A DNA stretch of 63,665 nt, filler included, from Craspedostauros australis (Eukaryota), in the NCBI GenBank assembly GCA_030167865.1. It is 5 parts of 5 records of this genome, joined end to end, with 100 filler letters (N's around TTAATTAATTAA, not from the genome) between each part and the next. Parts side by side here need not be neighbours in the genome. Positions count along the whole stretch, not along the records: positions 1 to 20,036 come from JALAGF010005794.1; positions 20,137 to 48,661 come from JALAGF010005798.1; 3 more parts are not named here. The stretch is one strand, 5' to 3'. The first letter of the stretch is position 1. Each line of letters starts with the position of its first letter. Positions 11,372-21,159 of this stretch are shown here, piece by piece. The position numbers and the translations under genes were made by a program. Below the pieces are notes generated by a model. The model searched no databases, was not told the origin of the DNA, and saw only the letters and a program-made list of their open reading frames with translations.

Positions 11372-13486
11372 TCAACTCTCACCCATCCAACCTGGTTGGA
11401 TGATATTCATCACCCCGATGAAGATTGCCAGCAACAACGACAAGAAGGTGCCACCGAGATACAGCACCCCACCCATCGTGCTGCGAGAGGATTGCGACGC
11501 ATCGGTACCAGCGTCGTTGTGATCCACCTTCGCGCTCGCGCTCGTGTCGATGCCAACATCGACGTCTTCATCCAAGAAACCATCGCTGTCCTTCGTCGGC
11601 GCCCGCTCGTAACCGCGCTGCTTTCCCAACAGATCGTCCACCGAATGCGGCATGTACCCGATCACCAACAGGGGCAGCAGCTGCAACGCGCTCGTCAACA
11701 CCGTCAGCTTCGTCAATCCCGACAGATCACCGGCTTCCAGCGCCGGTTTGCTCACATCCCAAATGCCCAACAGCATCGTGCTCAACGACTCGCACAGCGA
11801 ATCCGCCACGTTCCACGTCGTCGTGAACAAGGCGTAGCTCGCGCCTTCGATGTTGCTGGGCACGAGGTTCACCATCAGCACGCAGAAGGGGATGTACTGC
11901 GATCCCAGCACGAAATCGCGCACGCCTTCGTCGCCCAGCGCAAACAAGAACGACGCCTTGCCCGCGATGAGCAGCAGCTGCAGCAACGAGAAGACGCCGT
12001 TGATCCAGATGCCGGCCAGGAACATGTACCGCCAGCTGTACCGATAGAGGACGCACTTGTACAGCACGACGCCGACGCACGTCATGATGCCGGCCGCGAA
12101 CGTCAGCGCGTTCAGTTGGTTGGGTGTGAAGAGGAGGACGGATGTGAGAAACTGCTTCCACGCGTCGTTGTAGACGTACGAGACGACGTAGATATAGACG
12201 AAGGCCATGGGTTGGTAGACACTGTGTGAACAGGCGGTGTGCCACAAGGATTGGAGGCGTTGGTGGAAGGTTCCGAATCCGTCCGCTCCCGCCGCATCGC
12301 GATGGACGTTGCGATCGTGGAGGTTGTAGAGAAATGGAATCAAGGTGATTGGGAGGCATGCGATCGCCGTGATGATCCATTGGGGTCCCGATGGCAAATT
12401 GTAGCACAGCGCGCTGATGGGCGTTGTGACGCCCATGCCAATTCCACGGCACAGATAGCAAAGCACCTGCAAGTTGCCACGTTGATCCTTGGGTTCGTAC
12501 TTGGCTTTTTCAGCGATGAGACTATCTCCCATAACATCGGCGAGCCAAATGCCCATGGCCCAGATGAAGACGGTGACGCAGAGCAGGGGCATGCTGGGTG
12601 CATTTGGTGGGACAATGACGAGTTCGTGCGCCGCGATTGGCATTGTTGCGGCATCATCTGCGTCACGCATTTCGGCATCATCGAATGATTGCGTTGCATT
12701 CAATGAAGCTTGCGCCTGTCGTTCCAAAGTGAGATCCGACAGCAGGAGCAACGAAAGCATGCTGATGCACGAGATCGTCCATCCGATGAACATGTAAGGT
12801 TTGCGACGGTAGCCGCAGATGGGCACGTTGTCGCTGAGGAAACCAAAGAAGATCTTGAAGCAGCTGGGCAGTCCCTTCAGCAACCAGATGGTGGCCTGCT
12901 GTGCTTCGGATGCGTTGAGTTGCAACGGGTAGACATTGATCAGCGGGTACAAGAGTCCTTGCACCAGGCCAACGTAGAGAAAGCAAAGCGGAATTCCAAC
13001 GTTGGAAGAACGCCACAGCTGTAACTCTCGCCGGTGCGCTTCGTTCTTGTGTTGCTGATCTTCCTCTTGTGGTTGCGGCTCGTCTTTGTCGTTGTGCCGT
13101 ACTGCTCGCAGTTCATTGCAGCGATCGTCCATATCAGTCGCATTCAACGAACGTCGGGAGCAGACAGTGCTGTGCAGTGCGCTTGTGCACGCCATTTCCA
13201 GTTCCGATTTGATCACAGCTGGCTTTTGATGGTCCAGATACTCCTGTTCATCATGGCCAGTTCCATCAATGGCATAGCGATGACGAGGATGCTGATCATG
13301 ACCTTGCTGATCAAGTGCCGCTGTCGCCATGTCCGAGCTGTCGCATTCGGTCAGATCCGCATCATCTCCGAACGCGCGGTGCTCCAAGTCATGATGCTGC
13401 GAGGGCGAATGCGGAGAAGGATTCTGAACTCTTGAGTACTGCATGACGATGGTGATGGGAGCCGTTGCTGCAAGTCCACATGTCAT
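11372..13486 (-). CDS. Folate-biopterin transporter (BT1/FBT family, MFS)
   Basis: Motifs LPSCFKIFFGFLSDNVPICGYRRKPYM, ADVMGDSLIAEKAKYEP..RGNLQ and EGASYALFTT, with many TM segments. Confidence 0.9.
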   Translation of the reverse strand: MTCGLAATAPITIVMQYSRVQNPSPHSPSQHHDLEHRAFGDDADLTECDSSDMATAALDQQGHDQHPRHRYAIDGTGHDEQEYLDHQKPAVIKSELEMACTSALHSTVCSRRSLNATDMDDRCNELRAVRHNDKDEPQPQEEDQQHKNEAHRRELQLWRSSNVGIPLCFLYVGLVQGLLYPLINVYPLQLNASEAQQATIWLLKGLPSCFKIFFGFLSDNVPICGYRRKPYMFIGWTISCISMLSLLLLSDLTLERQAQASLNATQSFDDAEMRDADDAATMPIAAHELVIVPPNAPSMPLLCVTVFIWAMGIWLADVMGDSLIAEKAKYEPKDQRGNLQVLCYLCRGIGMGVTTPISALCYNLPSGPQWIITAIACLPITLIPFLYNLHDRNVHRDAAGADGFGTFHQRLQSLWHTACSHSVYQPMAFVYIYVVSYVYNDAWKQFLTSVLLFTPNQLNALTFAAGIMTCVGVVLYKCVLYRYSWRYMFLAGIWINGVFSLLQLLLIAGKASFLFALGDEGVRDFVLGSQYIPFCVLMVNLVPSNIEGASYALFTTTWNVADSLCESLSTMLLGIWDVSKPALEAGDLSGLTKLTVLTSALQLLPLLVIGYMPHSVDDLLGKQRGYERAPTKDSDGFLDEDVDVGIDTSASAKVDHNDAGTDASQSSRSTMGGVLYLGGTFLSLLLAIFIGVMNIIQPGWMGES

Positions 13487-14225
13487 GAACTCTGCTGCCA
13501 GCAGGTGACGATGTTGTGAGAGCAGGTGGCCGCGTGATCATGTTGGTTGCCGGTTGTGTGGATCATCGCCATGGCGAAGATCGGCGATAGAAGGAACACA
13601 AACAACCAGTGTGTCCCCAGAACATCACCAACACAAAATAGTACCAGCATCATGGTTTCGTGTTGTTCTTTTTGTTCACTTCCTTGTTCTGATTACACGG
13701 GAATGTTCAGTCACGAACCATATCGTCGCCAAAAGCTGAATGGTCGCCATAAAAATCCCCAAGAGGTTTGTGGTGGCTATTCCCAATGAAGGCACCCTCT
13801 TCCGAAACCAAATGTCTGGCCGATCCTGCGCATTGGCCAAAGATCTCGTAGGTCAGCTCCGCACCAGCGAAATGCCATGCACTGCGGCAATCGAATCTGA
13901 TCGTGATCGTGGAGTAATACTCCCGTGGCTACTCTGCTGTCTCTCTCCAGAGAGAGAGAGCGCCATACAAAGCAACCATCAGGTCACACTCCAAACATGT
14001 TACCACTGTTCAGAAACATGGCCACCAGCCATCACAATGTGTGAACTCGACTTCGGAGTATTCGTTCTGTCCTACTGAACTCGTGATAGACCTTGATTGT
14101 GACCGCGTTCATCGCAGCCAGTGCTACATTTCACGTGCACTTACCTGATATTCATGACAGGTGAAGACTGGATTGCTTTCACTCTCGAGACCCACAGTTC
14201 ATAAAATGCAATAACAGCAACAAGG

Positions 14226-14267
14226 AAGTAAGCAAGCAAGTAAGCAAGCAAGTAAGCAAGCAAGTAA
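14226..14267. repeat. 12-bp tandem repeat (AAGTAAGCAAGC)x3.5 just upstream of the FAAL gene
   Basis: Seen directly in the sequence. Confidence 0.9.
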
Positions 14268-14313
14268 ACACTGATCAACAACACAGTACCATAGCACCCA
14301 CACTAACACCAAC

Positions 14314-17300
14314 ATGAACATGAACACCCGATCTATGACCACCGATGAAGAACATCCCGCCTCAGGGGATACTCATGACAACCTGACCCACGTTCCTCCC
14401 ACGCAAGTCACCCACGACAATCACGAAGTCGCCGACGCGGCTCACAACATCGAAGCTGGCTTGATCAAGCCCTCTTCTGCTCTATCCCAAGCTCATGCTC
14501 ATGTTCATGCTACAACCCATTCCAACAACTCTGAGCACGATCAAATCCAGCAATCCATCAAAGACAAGACCTTCCTCGAACATATCAAGTTCATCGTCGA
14601 ACTCAAGTCCGACACCGTCTTCTCTACTTGGTACGACGGCAAAGGTAAACCGACCAACAACTCCACTTTCCGGCAATTGTGGGATGAAGCAGGACACTGC
14701 GCACACCTCATCCGCAACAAGTGGGGCGTTAACAAAGGCGACCGTGTCGTTCTCTGCTACGACTTCGGACTTCATTTCTTCGCCGTCTTCTTGGGATGTC
14801 TCCGTGCAGGAGTGACAGCCGTGCTGGTCTACCCTCCAGGACCGCCGCTCGTCAAGTCGCTCACCAAGATGAACATGGTGATCGAGGATTGCGCTCCAGC
14901 ACTCATCCTCACCCAAACATCCATCAATCTCCTTCGAGCCGTCGATCGCGCCAACCCAGCGTCCAAGAGTCGTGCCATGTGGCCGAGTGGAGTGAAGTAC
15001 CAAGTCACGGACCGCATCATCCGTCACGATCCGTTCATCACCGACAAGAACAAGAGCAACCTCAAGCAAGACAAGAAAGGTTTCCTTTCCAACCTCATCT
15101 CTGGCCGCTCGTCATCGCCGCCACCTTCCTTCGATGAGCCAGCTACCAATGGTTCGGACCTCGCCTTCCTCCAGTACACGTCTGGTAGTACCGGCAACCC
15201 CAAAGGTGTCATGGTGACCCATGACGCACTCAGGGCCAACATCGAACTTATCCATGGCAGTTGTTTGACGTGCATCGAAAATGATCTCTGTGATAGAGAC
15301 AAAATGCCAAAGCGATTCACGGCATGCTCATGGCTGCCGCAGTACCATGACATGGGCCTGATCCAGCTGGCCATTGCGCCTTTGTCCGGTGCCTTCCGTG
15401 TCCACATGATATCACCGGTCTCATTCATTCGCAACCCGCTGCTCTGGATCGATCTCATGTCGCAGCACAAATGCCATTTCAGCGCCGCCCCTGACTTTGG
15501 CTACCGTCTTGCAACGCGCAAGTTCAACGAGGCGAAGAGCAAAGAGAATGGGAAAGTTCATCCCATCCCGAACCTTGACCTATCTAACGTGTATCATCTG
15601 CAAAATGCCGCGGAACCAGCACGGCTGGACACAGAAAGGCAGTTCTATTCTGCATTCTGCTCATACGGGCTGCGCGAGGAATGGTTTGTGGCTGGGTATG
15701 GACTCGCAGAGAATGTGGTTGGTGTGAGTTTCAATCATGGATTCCATCTGTCAGCCATCCGCGAAGGTGAAGATCTCCAGCCATTCGTAGCCATCGCTGA
15801 ACGCTGCAATCTGCACAGTTCGATCAACATAATCATTGTGGATCCAGACACCTGCGTGCAACGTCCAGACAATGTGACTGGGGAGATCTGGATCGCCGGA
15901 GCCTCAGTCGCAGCCGGGTACTACAACCAAGCCCAGCTCACCGCCGACACATTCCAAGCTGCCTTGAAGGAGGATCCATCCAGTGAAGACGCCAGCGGGA
16001 AGAGTGGCAACACCCAAGTTCCGGCCACGGCCTACCTTCGAACCGGTGACTACGGCTTCTACCAAGATGATTATCTCTACATCTGCGGTCGCAAGAAAGA
16101 CATCATCATCGTCAGTGGTGTCAACTACTACCCGCAGGATGTTGAGCATGCCGTAGAGGAGGCGTCGTCCGCCGTCCGTCCAGGCTGCGTTGCGGCGTTT
16201 TCATCAGATGAAACAGGCAACGACGGACAGCTGGAGATCGTCTTTGAGATCCGATCGACCCATGCGGACGATGCCGCGGCAGTCTGCCAACAGGTCAGGA
16301 AGGCGGTGATCGAACAGATTGGGTTGACACCGGCAACAGTCGCCGCCGTCAAAGAACGCACCATCTCCAAAACAACGAGCGGCAAGATCCAGAGACGCCA
16401 AAATCGACAACGCCTGCATGATGGGACGCAGAAGATGGTGCTGGACGTGATCGAGAAGTCGCACTTCTTCAGCACACAGAATGGCAACCTTGCAAGCCAA
16501 TCCAAGCGCCTCTCGTTGAGGGCATCCAGCATCCAGGATTTCCAAATCAGAGACATGGACTTCTACGAGGTTGTGAAAACCGTCACAGCATCAGAAATCA
16601 GAGGCAACGAGAAATGGGAAGATATTGGACTGTCCTCCATGATGGAGCTCGAGCTTCGACAATCTCTATCTCAACGGTACAACGTGACGATTCCTCCCAA
16701 CTGCTTCGAGATCTATCCATCAGTCGGCGACTTGAAGGCGTTCCTGGAAGCATCGGCTGGGCAGTCACTGCCAATCAAACTCTCATTTCTCAAACGGCTT
16801 GCCACCATCCCCAACGAGAAGCCGCTTTCTTCGACAGTGTCCACAGCCTTCCAGGTCATCGGCGCGATAATGATCCTCTTCATCTTCGCGCTCCCCATCG
16901 TCCCAGCATTCGAAGTTGGAAAGGCGATCGCAAGCAACGATGATTCTGGGTTCCTATCTCGGCAAGCGTGGGTGCTGTATCCCTTGGTCATCATAACCTG
17001 GGCTATGACTCTCACAGCGGAGGTGATTCTCGCCAAGTGGATCGTCATTGGCCGGTACAGGGAAGGACATACCAACTTGGCCAACATCTACTTCCTCAGA
17101 TGGTGGTTCGTCGACCGGCTGATGCACGTATGGGAGCAGTTCGTCGGTCGGCTGATCATGGGAACACCCGTGATGGTGCTGTTCTACTATTTGATGGGTG
17201 TCGACGTGCATCCATCATGCATCATCAACGCATGCGTGCGTGAATTCGACTTGGTGAAGATTGGCGAACATGCAACCATCTCCACCCCCATCCGATGCCG

Positions 17301-19014
17301 AGTTTTCGGCCCATGGAAGGACAAGGAGCAAGGTCCCAGCATGAGGTTCCGCCAGATTCAAGTCGGATCCCACGCATCAATCAGGGGCGCCTTACTTCCT
17401 GGTGCCAAGGTCGGCTCCAACTGCAAAGTGCAACCCATCTCGGTGCTGGCCGAGGGCGCTCAAGCCCCGTCCAACACCACGATCAGAGGCAATCCAGGAT
17501 TCATCGATCCTACCACAGCAGGCGCGGTGAGTGGTACTGATGCTCTTTGCGATGGTGATGGATCCAAGAACGCGGCATCAAACCCACGCACTCAATCTCC
17601 TGCCACTGACAGCAACGGCAGCAGTAGGTACGGGTGGATGGCATTGGGAACGATGAAGATGCTGTGGTTGTTTTTTGAGCTATACTTCGCCTTCGGCTGC
17701 TTCCTACTCGTGGATATCTTGATGGGAGGTGGTCATGCAGAGTGGAGATACACGGGGCTCCTCTCCTGGATATCCATCGCCATGCTCACATCCGTAGTCT
17801 TGCTGATTACGAGTATCATCTTGAAGTGGGCGCTGATCGGCAAGAAGCGGCCAGGTGCTGCACGGGCAGGTGTTCTGACAGACTTCGCCAACTGGGCATG
17901 CGACTATCACTTTCGCCTTGGAGCGACGCTGCTATTCGACCTCACATTCAACTCGGTGATGTGGAATCTTGTGCTGATGGCCCACGGCATGGACATCGAT
18001 ATCTCATCCAAGGTGGTGGCAGGTTGCTTCCCCCCATCCAAGCTCGATCTCGTCACGGTCAGAAGATCCTTCATCTCCTTTTGCAACATCGATGTTGAAG
18101 AGGATGGCGAATACAAGATGACCAAGGTTGAGGACAGCAGTGTCAGCATGAAGCTCACGTGCGCCCCCGGCGTGACGATCCAAAAATCATTGATCACTCC
18201 GGATACAGACGTCACCAACGACATGATCAATGACGACCATCATCCAAGGAACCATCCTCTCAGCTTCTGGCAGACCTTGCAATACCATACCAACACGACG
18301 CTGCTCTACGCTGTCGTACTCGTCGTGGCGGCGGCTAGCTTCATTCCATCCTATGAACTGTGGATGAACGTGATCAAACCACAAACATCGTTTGATGCGG
18401 TTCCGGTGGTCGTGATTTGCATCGTCATTCAGGACATCATCTGGCAAGGACTCTTGCGAGTTGTCGAGTCCATCGCACTGGTCGGTGGTGTCAAGCACGA
18501 GGTCCCTTGGAGCCTTGCGCTGTACGCGATCTACCAATCAGTCTGCAACTCGATTCATGATTGGTCTTTCGTTGCAGTGCTTTGTGGCACACCCATGATG
18601 AAATCGGTATTGCGGTTCCGCGGCGCCGATGTCCAAGGACGGTTGCTATACTTCGGATTCCGCGTCTACGAAGCCTCGTACATCACATTCGCAGATGGCG
18701 CTGTGATCGACGATTGCATCGTCAACGGTCACTCGGGTGTGTTCTCGAAGGTGACATTGGGAACCTCGTACATCGATGGTGTGATGCATCCATCGTCCTT
18801 CGTGCTGATGAGAAAGGGACCGGCGACTGCTCCAACTACGACTTCATTGGTTGAGCATGCCGCAGGGAAGATGATCACCGACAGCCAACCATCGGCCAAA
18901 GGCCAGGATTGCACAACGTCTGACGCACCAGTATCGCTGGAGGACGAAGATCGCGAATCCGCAGAGTCGCTTGCTCCAAGTGATCACTGTGGAGAGGAGG
19001 TGGACATCGTGTGA
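14314..19014 (+). CDS. NRPS-like membrane enzyme: fatty acyl-AMP ligase + acyl/peptidyl carrier + Pls/TIGR02353-like TM and beta-helix region
   Basis: FAAL motifs LAFLQYTSGSTGNPKGVMVTH, SWLPQYHDMGLI, GYGLAE, GEIWIAGASVAAGYY, YLRTGD, GRKKDIIIVSGVNYYPQDVE and KTTSGKIQR. Carrier motif WEDIGLSSM at about 16615-16641. Three repeated TM-pair + beta-helix units (AKWIVIGRYREG..YFLRWW, GTPVMVLFYYLMG, VKIGEHATI, LKWALIGKK, LCGTPMMKSVLRFRGADV). Confidence 0.85.
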   Translation: MNMNTRSMTTDEEHPASGDTHDNLTHVPPTQVTHDNHEVADAAHNIEAGLIKPSSALSQAHAHVHATTHSNNSEHDQIQQSIKDKTFLEHIKFIVELKSDTVFSTWYDGKGKPTNNSTFRQLWDEAGHCAHLIRNKWGVNKGDRVVLCYDFGLHFFAVFLGCLRAGVTAVLVYPPGPPLVKSLTKMNMVIEDCAPALILTQTSINLLRAVDRANPASKSRAMWPSGVKYQVTDRIIRHDPFITDKNKSNLKQDKKGFLSNLISGRSSSPPPSFDEPATNGSDLAFLQYTSGSTGNPKGVMVTHDALRANIELIHGSCLTCIENDLCDRDKMPKRFTACSWLPQYHDMGLIQLAIAPLSGAFRVHMISPVSFIRNPLLWIDLMSQHKCHFSAAPDFGYRLATRKFNEAKSKENGKVHPIPNLDLSNVYHLQNAAEPARLDTERQFYSAFCSYGLREEWFVAGYGLAENVVGVSFNHGFHLSAIREGEDLQPFVAIAERCNLHSSINIIIVDPDTCVQRPDNVTGEIWIAGASVAAGYYNQAQLTADTFQAALKEDPSSEDASGKSGNTQVPATAYLRTGDYGFYQDDYLYICGRKKDIIIVSGVNYYPQDVEHAVEEASSAVRPGCVAAFSSDETGNDGQLEIVFEIRSTHADDAAAVCQQVRKAVIEQIGLTPATVAAVKERTISKTTSGKIQRRQNRQRLHDGTQKMVLDVIEKSHFFSTQNGNLASQSKRLSLRASSIQDFQIRDMDFYEVVKTVTASEIRGNEKWEDIGLSSMMELELRQSLSQRYNVTIPPNCFEIYPSVGDLKAFLEASAGQSLPIKLSFLKRLATIPNEKPLSSTVSTAFQVIGAIMILFIFALPIVPAFEVGKAIASNDDSGFLSRQAWVLYPLVIITWAMTLTAEVILAKWIVIGRYREGHTNLANIYFLRWWFVDRLMHVWEQFVGRLIMGTPVMVLFYYLMGVDVHPSCIINACVREFDLVKIGEHATISTPIRCRVFGPWKDKEQGPSMRFRQIQVGSHASIRGALLPGAKVGSNCKVQPISVLAEGAQAPSNTTIRGNPGFIDPTTAGAVSGTDALCDGDGSKNAASNPRTQSPATDSNGSSRYGWMALGTMKMLWLFFELYFAFGCFLLVDILMGGGHAEWRYTGLLSWISIAMLTSVVLLITSIILKWALIGKKRPGAARAGVLTDFANWACDYHFRLGATLLFDLTFNSVMWNLVLMAHGMDIDISSKVVAGCFPPSKLDLVTVRRSFISFCNIDVEEDGEYKMTKVEDSSVSMKLTCAPGVTIQKSLITPDTDVTNDMINDDHHPRNHPLSFWQTLQYHTNTTLLYAVVLVVAAASFIPSYELWMNVIKPQTSFDAVPVVVICIVIQDIIWQGLLRVVESIALVGGVKHEVPWSLALYAIYQSVCNSIHDWSFVAVLCGTPMMKSVLRFRGADVQGRLLYFGFRVYEASYITFADGAVIDDCIVNGHSGVFSKVTLGTSYIDGVMHPSSFVLMRKGPATAPTTTSLVEHAAGKMITDSQPSAKGQDCTTSDAPVSLEDEDRESAESLAPSDHCGEEVDIV

Positions 19015-20036
19015 AGCTTGTGATCGAGTCGCAACAGTTGTGGTGACCGCATCGCCGACATCCACATCACCTCTCCATCAATACCGCCACTCATCATCAT
19101 GACGCACGTCAACGCTCGCACATGAAAGTGTTGGAAGTGACGTTGTGCAATGGTATGGCGCGATCGCAACAAACAAGAAGAATTGGAGGCAGAATGCCGT
19201 CATCCACCAATACCATTAGAATTGCAGTCTTATCAACATTACAAAGCGCGGGATTGGCAACATGCAGATGTTCATGGTGCCATACGATGGAGAGCATGGC
19301 GTGGTGCTAAACACAGTGCCGACGAGAGTGTTACCTGTCTCGTCTTTCCCATGTGTCTCGACCGTTGCCAATGCCATTGCCGATGCCATCAACAACGTCA
19401 TTGGCATTGCTTGACGAGTGAGCCGCCTGTTCCACGACAGGATGTCATTGTTCGTGGTTGTGTTGATGTGTTGGTTGTTGGCGACATTTCGAAAGGGAGA
19501 ATGATCTTCATCAATAACGTCCATTCAACCGTCTATTCCCATAGTGACTTCCAACAAACCACGCAGTCCTCGCTTCGCCGCGCATAGCAACCTTGTTGGG
19601 CTTATCTCCTCCTAAATACCGTTCCCACACGACGCGCCGGGTGGTGTTTCCGGGATCTCGCGGACTCGCCCACGCCGGAATTCCATCGCTCAAATTTCGC
19701 AAGAGAGGCGAACCGATCAGTATAGTACCCAACGTGAGGATTTGTAACGTGTGATGATGCATTGGTACTCGCACACGTAGCTTTGTACGTGGAATAGTAC
19801 TGGTAGTGGCAAGTGTCAGCCTTTCTCACTCGCATCCATGGCGTGCGCCTTCCCTCTACAACGCTCTTCCTACTACTCGCATCAACTGGTTGTCCTTGTC
19901 GTCAATCTCCATTTCATCAACTCAAATCGACTTCCATTCTCAACTCCACCTTCATCTCACAATCTCAAACTTTGCAAACTCTGCAACGTTCAATCACAGC
20001 AACAACCAGAGTATCAACACAACAACAAACAAACAA

Positions 20037-20136
20037 NNNNNNNNNNNNNNNNNNNNNNNNNNNNNNNNNNNNNNNNNNNNTTAATTAATTAANNNNNNNN
20101 NNNNNNNNNNNNNNNNNNNNNNNNNNNNNNNNNNNN
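20037..20136. other. Artificial scaffold linker (N...TTAATTAATTAA...N)
   Basis: A six-frame stop 12-mer at 20081-20092 inside Ns. The same linker recurs three more times. Confidence 0.95.
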
Positions 20137-20417
20137 CTGTGTGGGATGAGTTGGATGCTCTATGTGCATGGTATCACATTGGATATGCTGTACCATATCA
20201 AGGTACTTTGGAAATGGTTTGCGCGCAAGAGGTCAAAGAGAAGCCAGAGCACGCGCACATTTCAGCCGACGTCATCATGTCCAAGAATGTGACAACCAAT
20301 CAGACTTGAGGNGGACACCATTANTTTANCATATATNNANCTACCGCNCCTCCCAANNCACGGAACAGAATTCCAACGAACCGTGAGGAATCAAGNCGCA
20401 GCAACCTCAACGAACGG

Positions 20418-20597
20418 GAGTACTTTCGTCGAGTTTTGAGTACCTTCACCTACTCTGGAGTACTTTCGTCGAGTCTGGAGTACTTTCACCTATTCCTAAT
20501 TACTTTCGTCGAGTCTGGAGTACTTTCACCTAGTCCTAATTACTTTCGTCGAGTCTGGGGTACTTTCACCTACTCTCGAGTACTTTCACCTATTTTG
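20418..20597. repeat. Minisatellite, 9 x 20-bp units (alternating GAGTACTTTCGTCGAGTCTG / GAGTACTTTCACCTACTCT-type)
   Basis: Units counted directly. Confidence 0.9.
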
Positions 20598-20771
20598 TTT
20601 TTGAACCAAGATTTGTCTTGATTTGAATTTACAGACGTTAATTAACGTTATAGGTACTGCATGCAAGTATTCGGTTTAGTCAAACAGGCAATCCGAACAG
20701 NNNNNNNNNNNNNNNNNNNNNNNNNNNNNNNNNNNNNNNNNNNNNNNNNNCGCAGCAACCTCAACGAACGG

Positions 20772-21011
20772 GAGTACTTTCGTCGAGTTTTGAGTACCTT
20801 CACCTACTCTGGAGTACTTTCGTCGAGTCTGGAGTACTTTCACCTAATCCTAATTACTTTCGTCGAGTCTGGATTACTTTCACCTAATCCTAATTACTTT
20901 CGTCGAGTCTGGAGTACTTTCACCTACTCTCGAGTACTTTCGTCGAGTCTGGTGTACTTTCACCTAGTCCTGAGTACTTTCACCTACTCTCGAGTACTTT
21001 CACCTATTTTG
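20772..21011. repeat. Second copy of the minisatellite, 12 x 20-bp units, with the same flanks
   Basis: Units counted directly. Flanks are near-identical to those of the 20418 array. Confidence 0.9.
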
Positions 21012-21159
21012 TTTTTGAACCAGGATTTGTCTTGATTTGAATTTACAGACGTTAATTAACGTTATAACTACTGCATGCAAGTATTCGGTTTAGTCAAACA
21101 GGCAATCCGAACAGGACAATTGGCAGAGAAGTCGTAGCGACTCACGACTCAGCCTGATC

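Noticed and set aside
20081..20092. TTAATTAATTAA as a biological motif (e.g. piggyBac TTAA site)
   Set aside because: It recurs identically in the centre of 100-nt N spacers and is a synthetic six-frame stop linker.
20418..21011. CRISPR-like periodic array
   Set aside because: The intervening segments are themselves repeated, so there are no unique spacers. There are no cas genes and the context is eukaryotic. It is a minisatellite.
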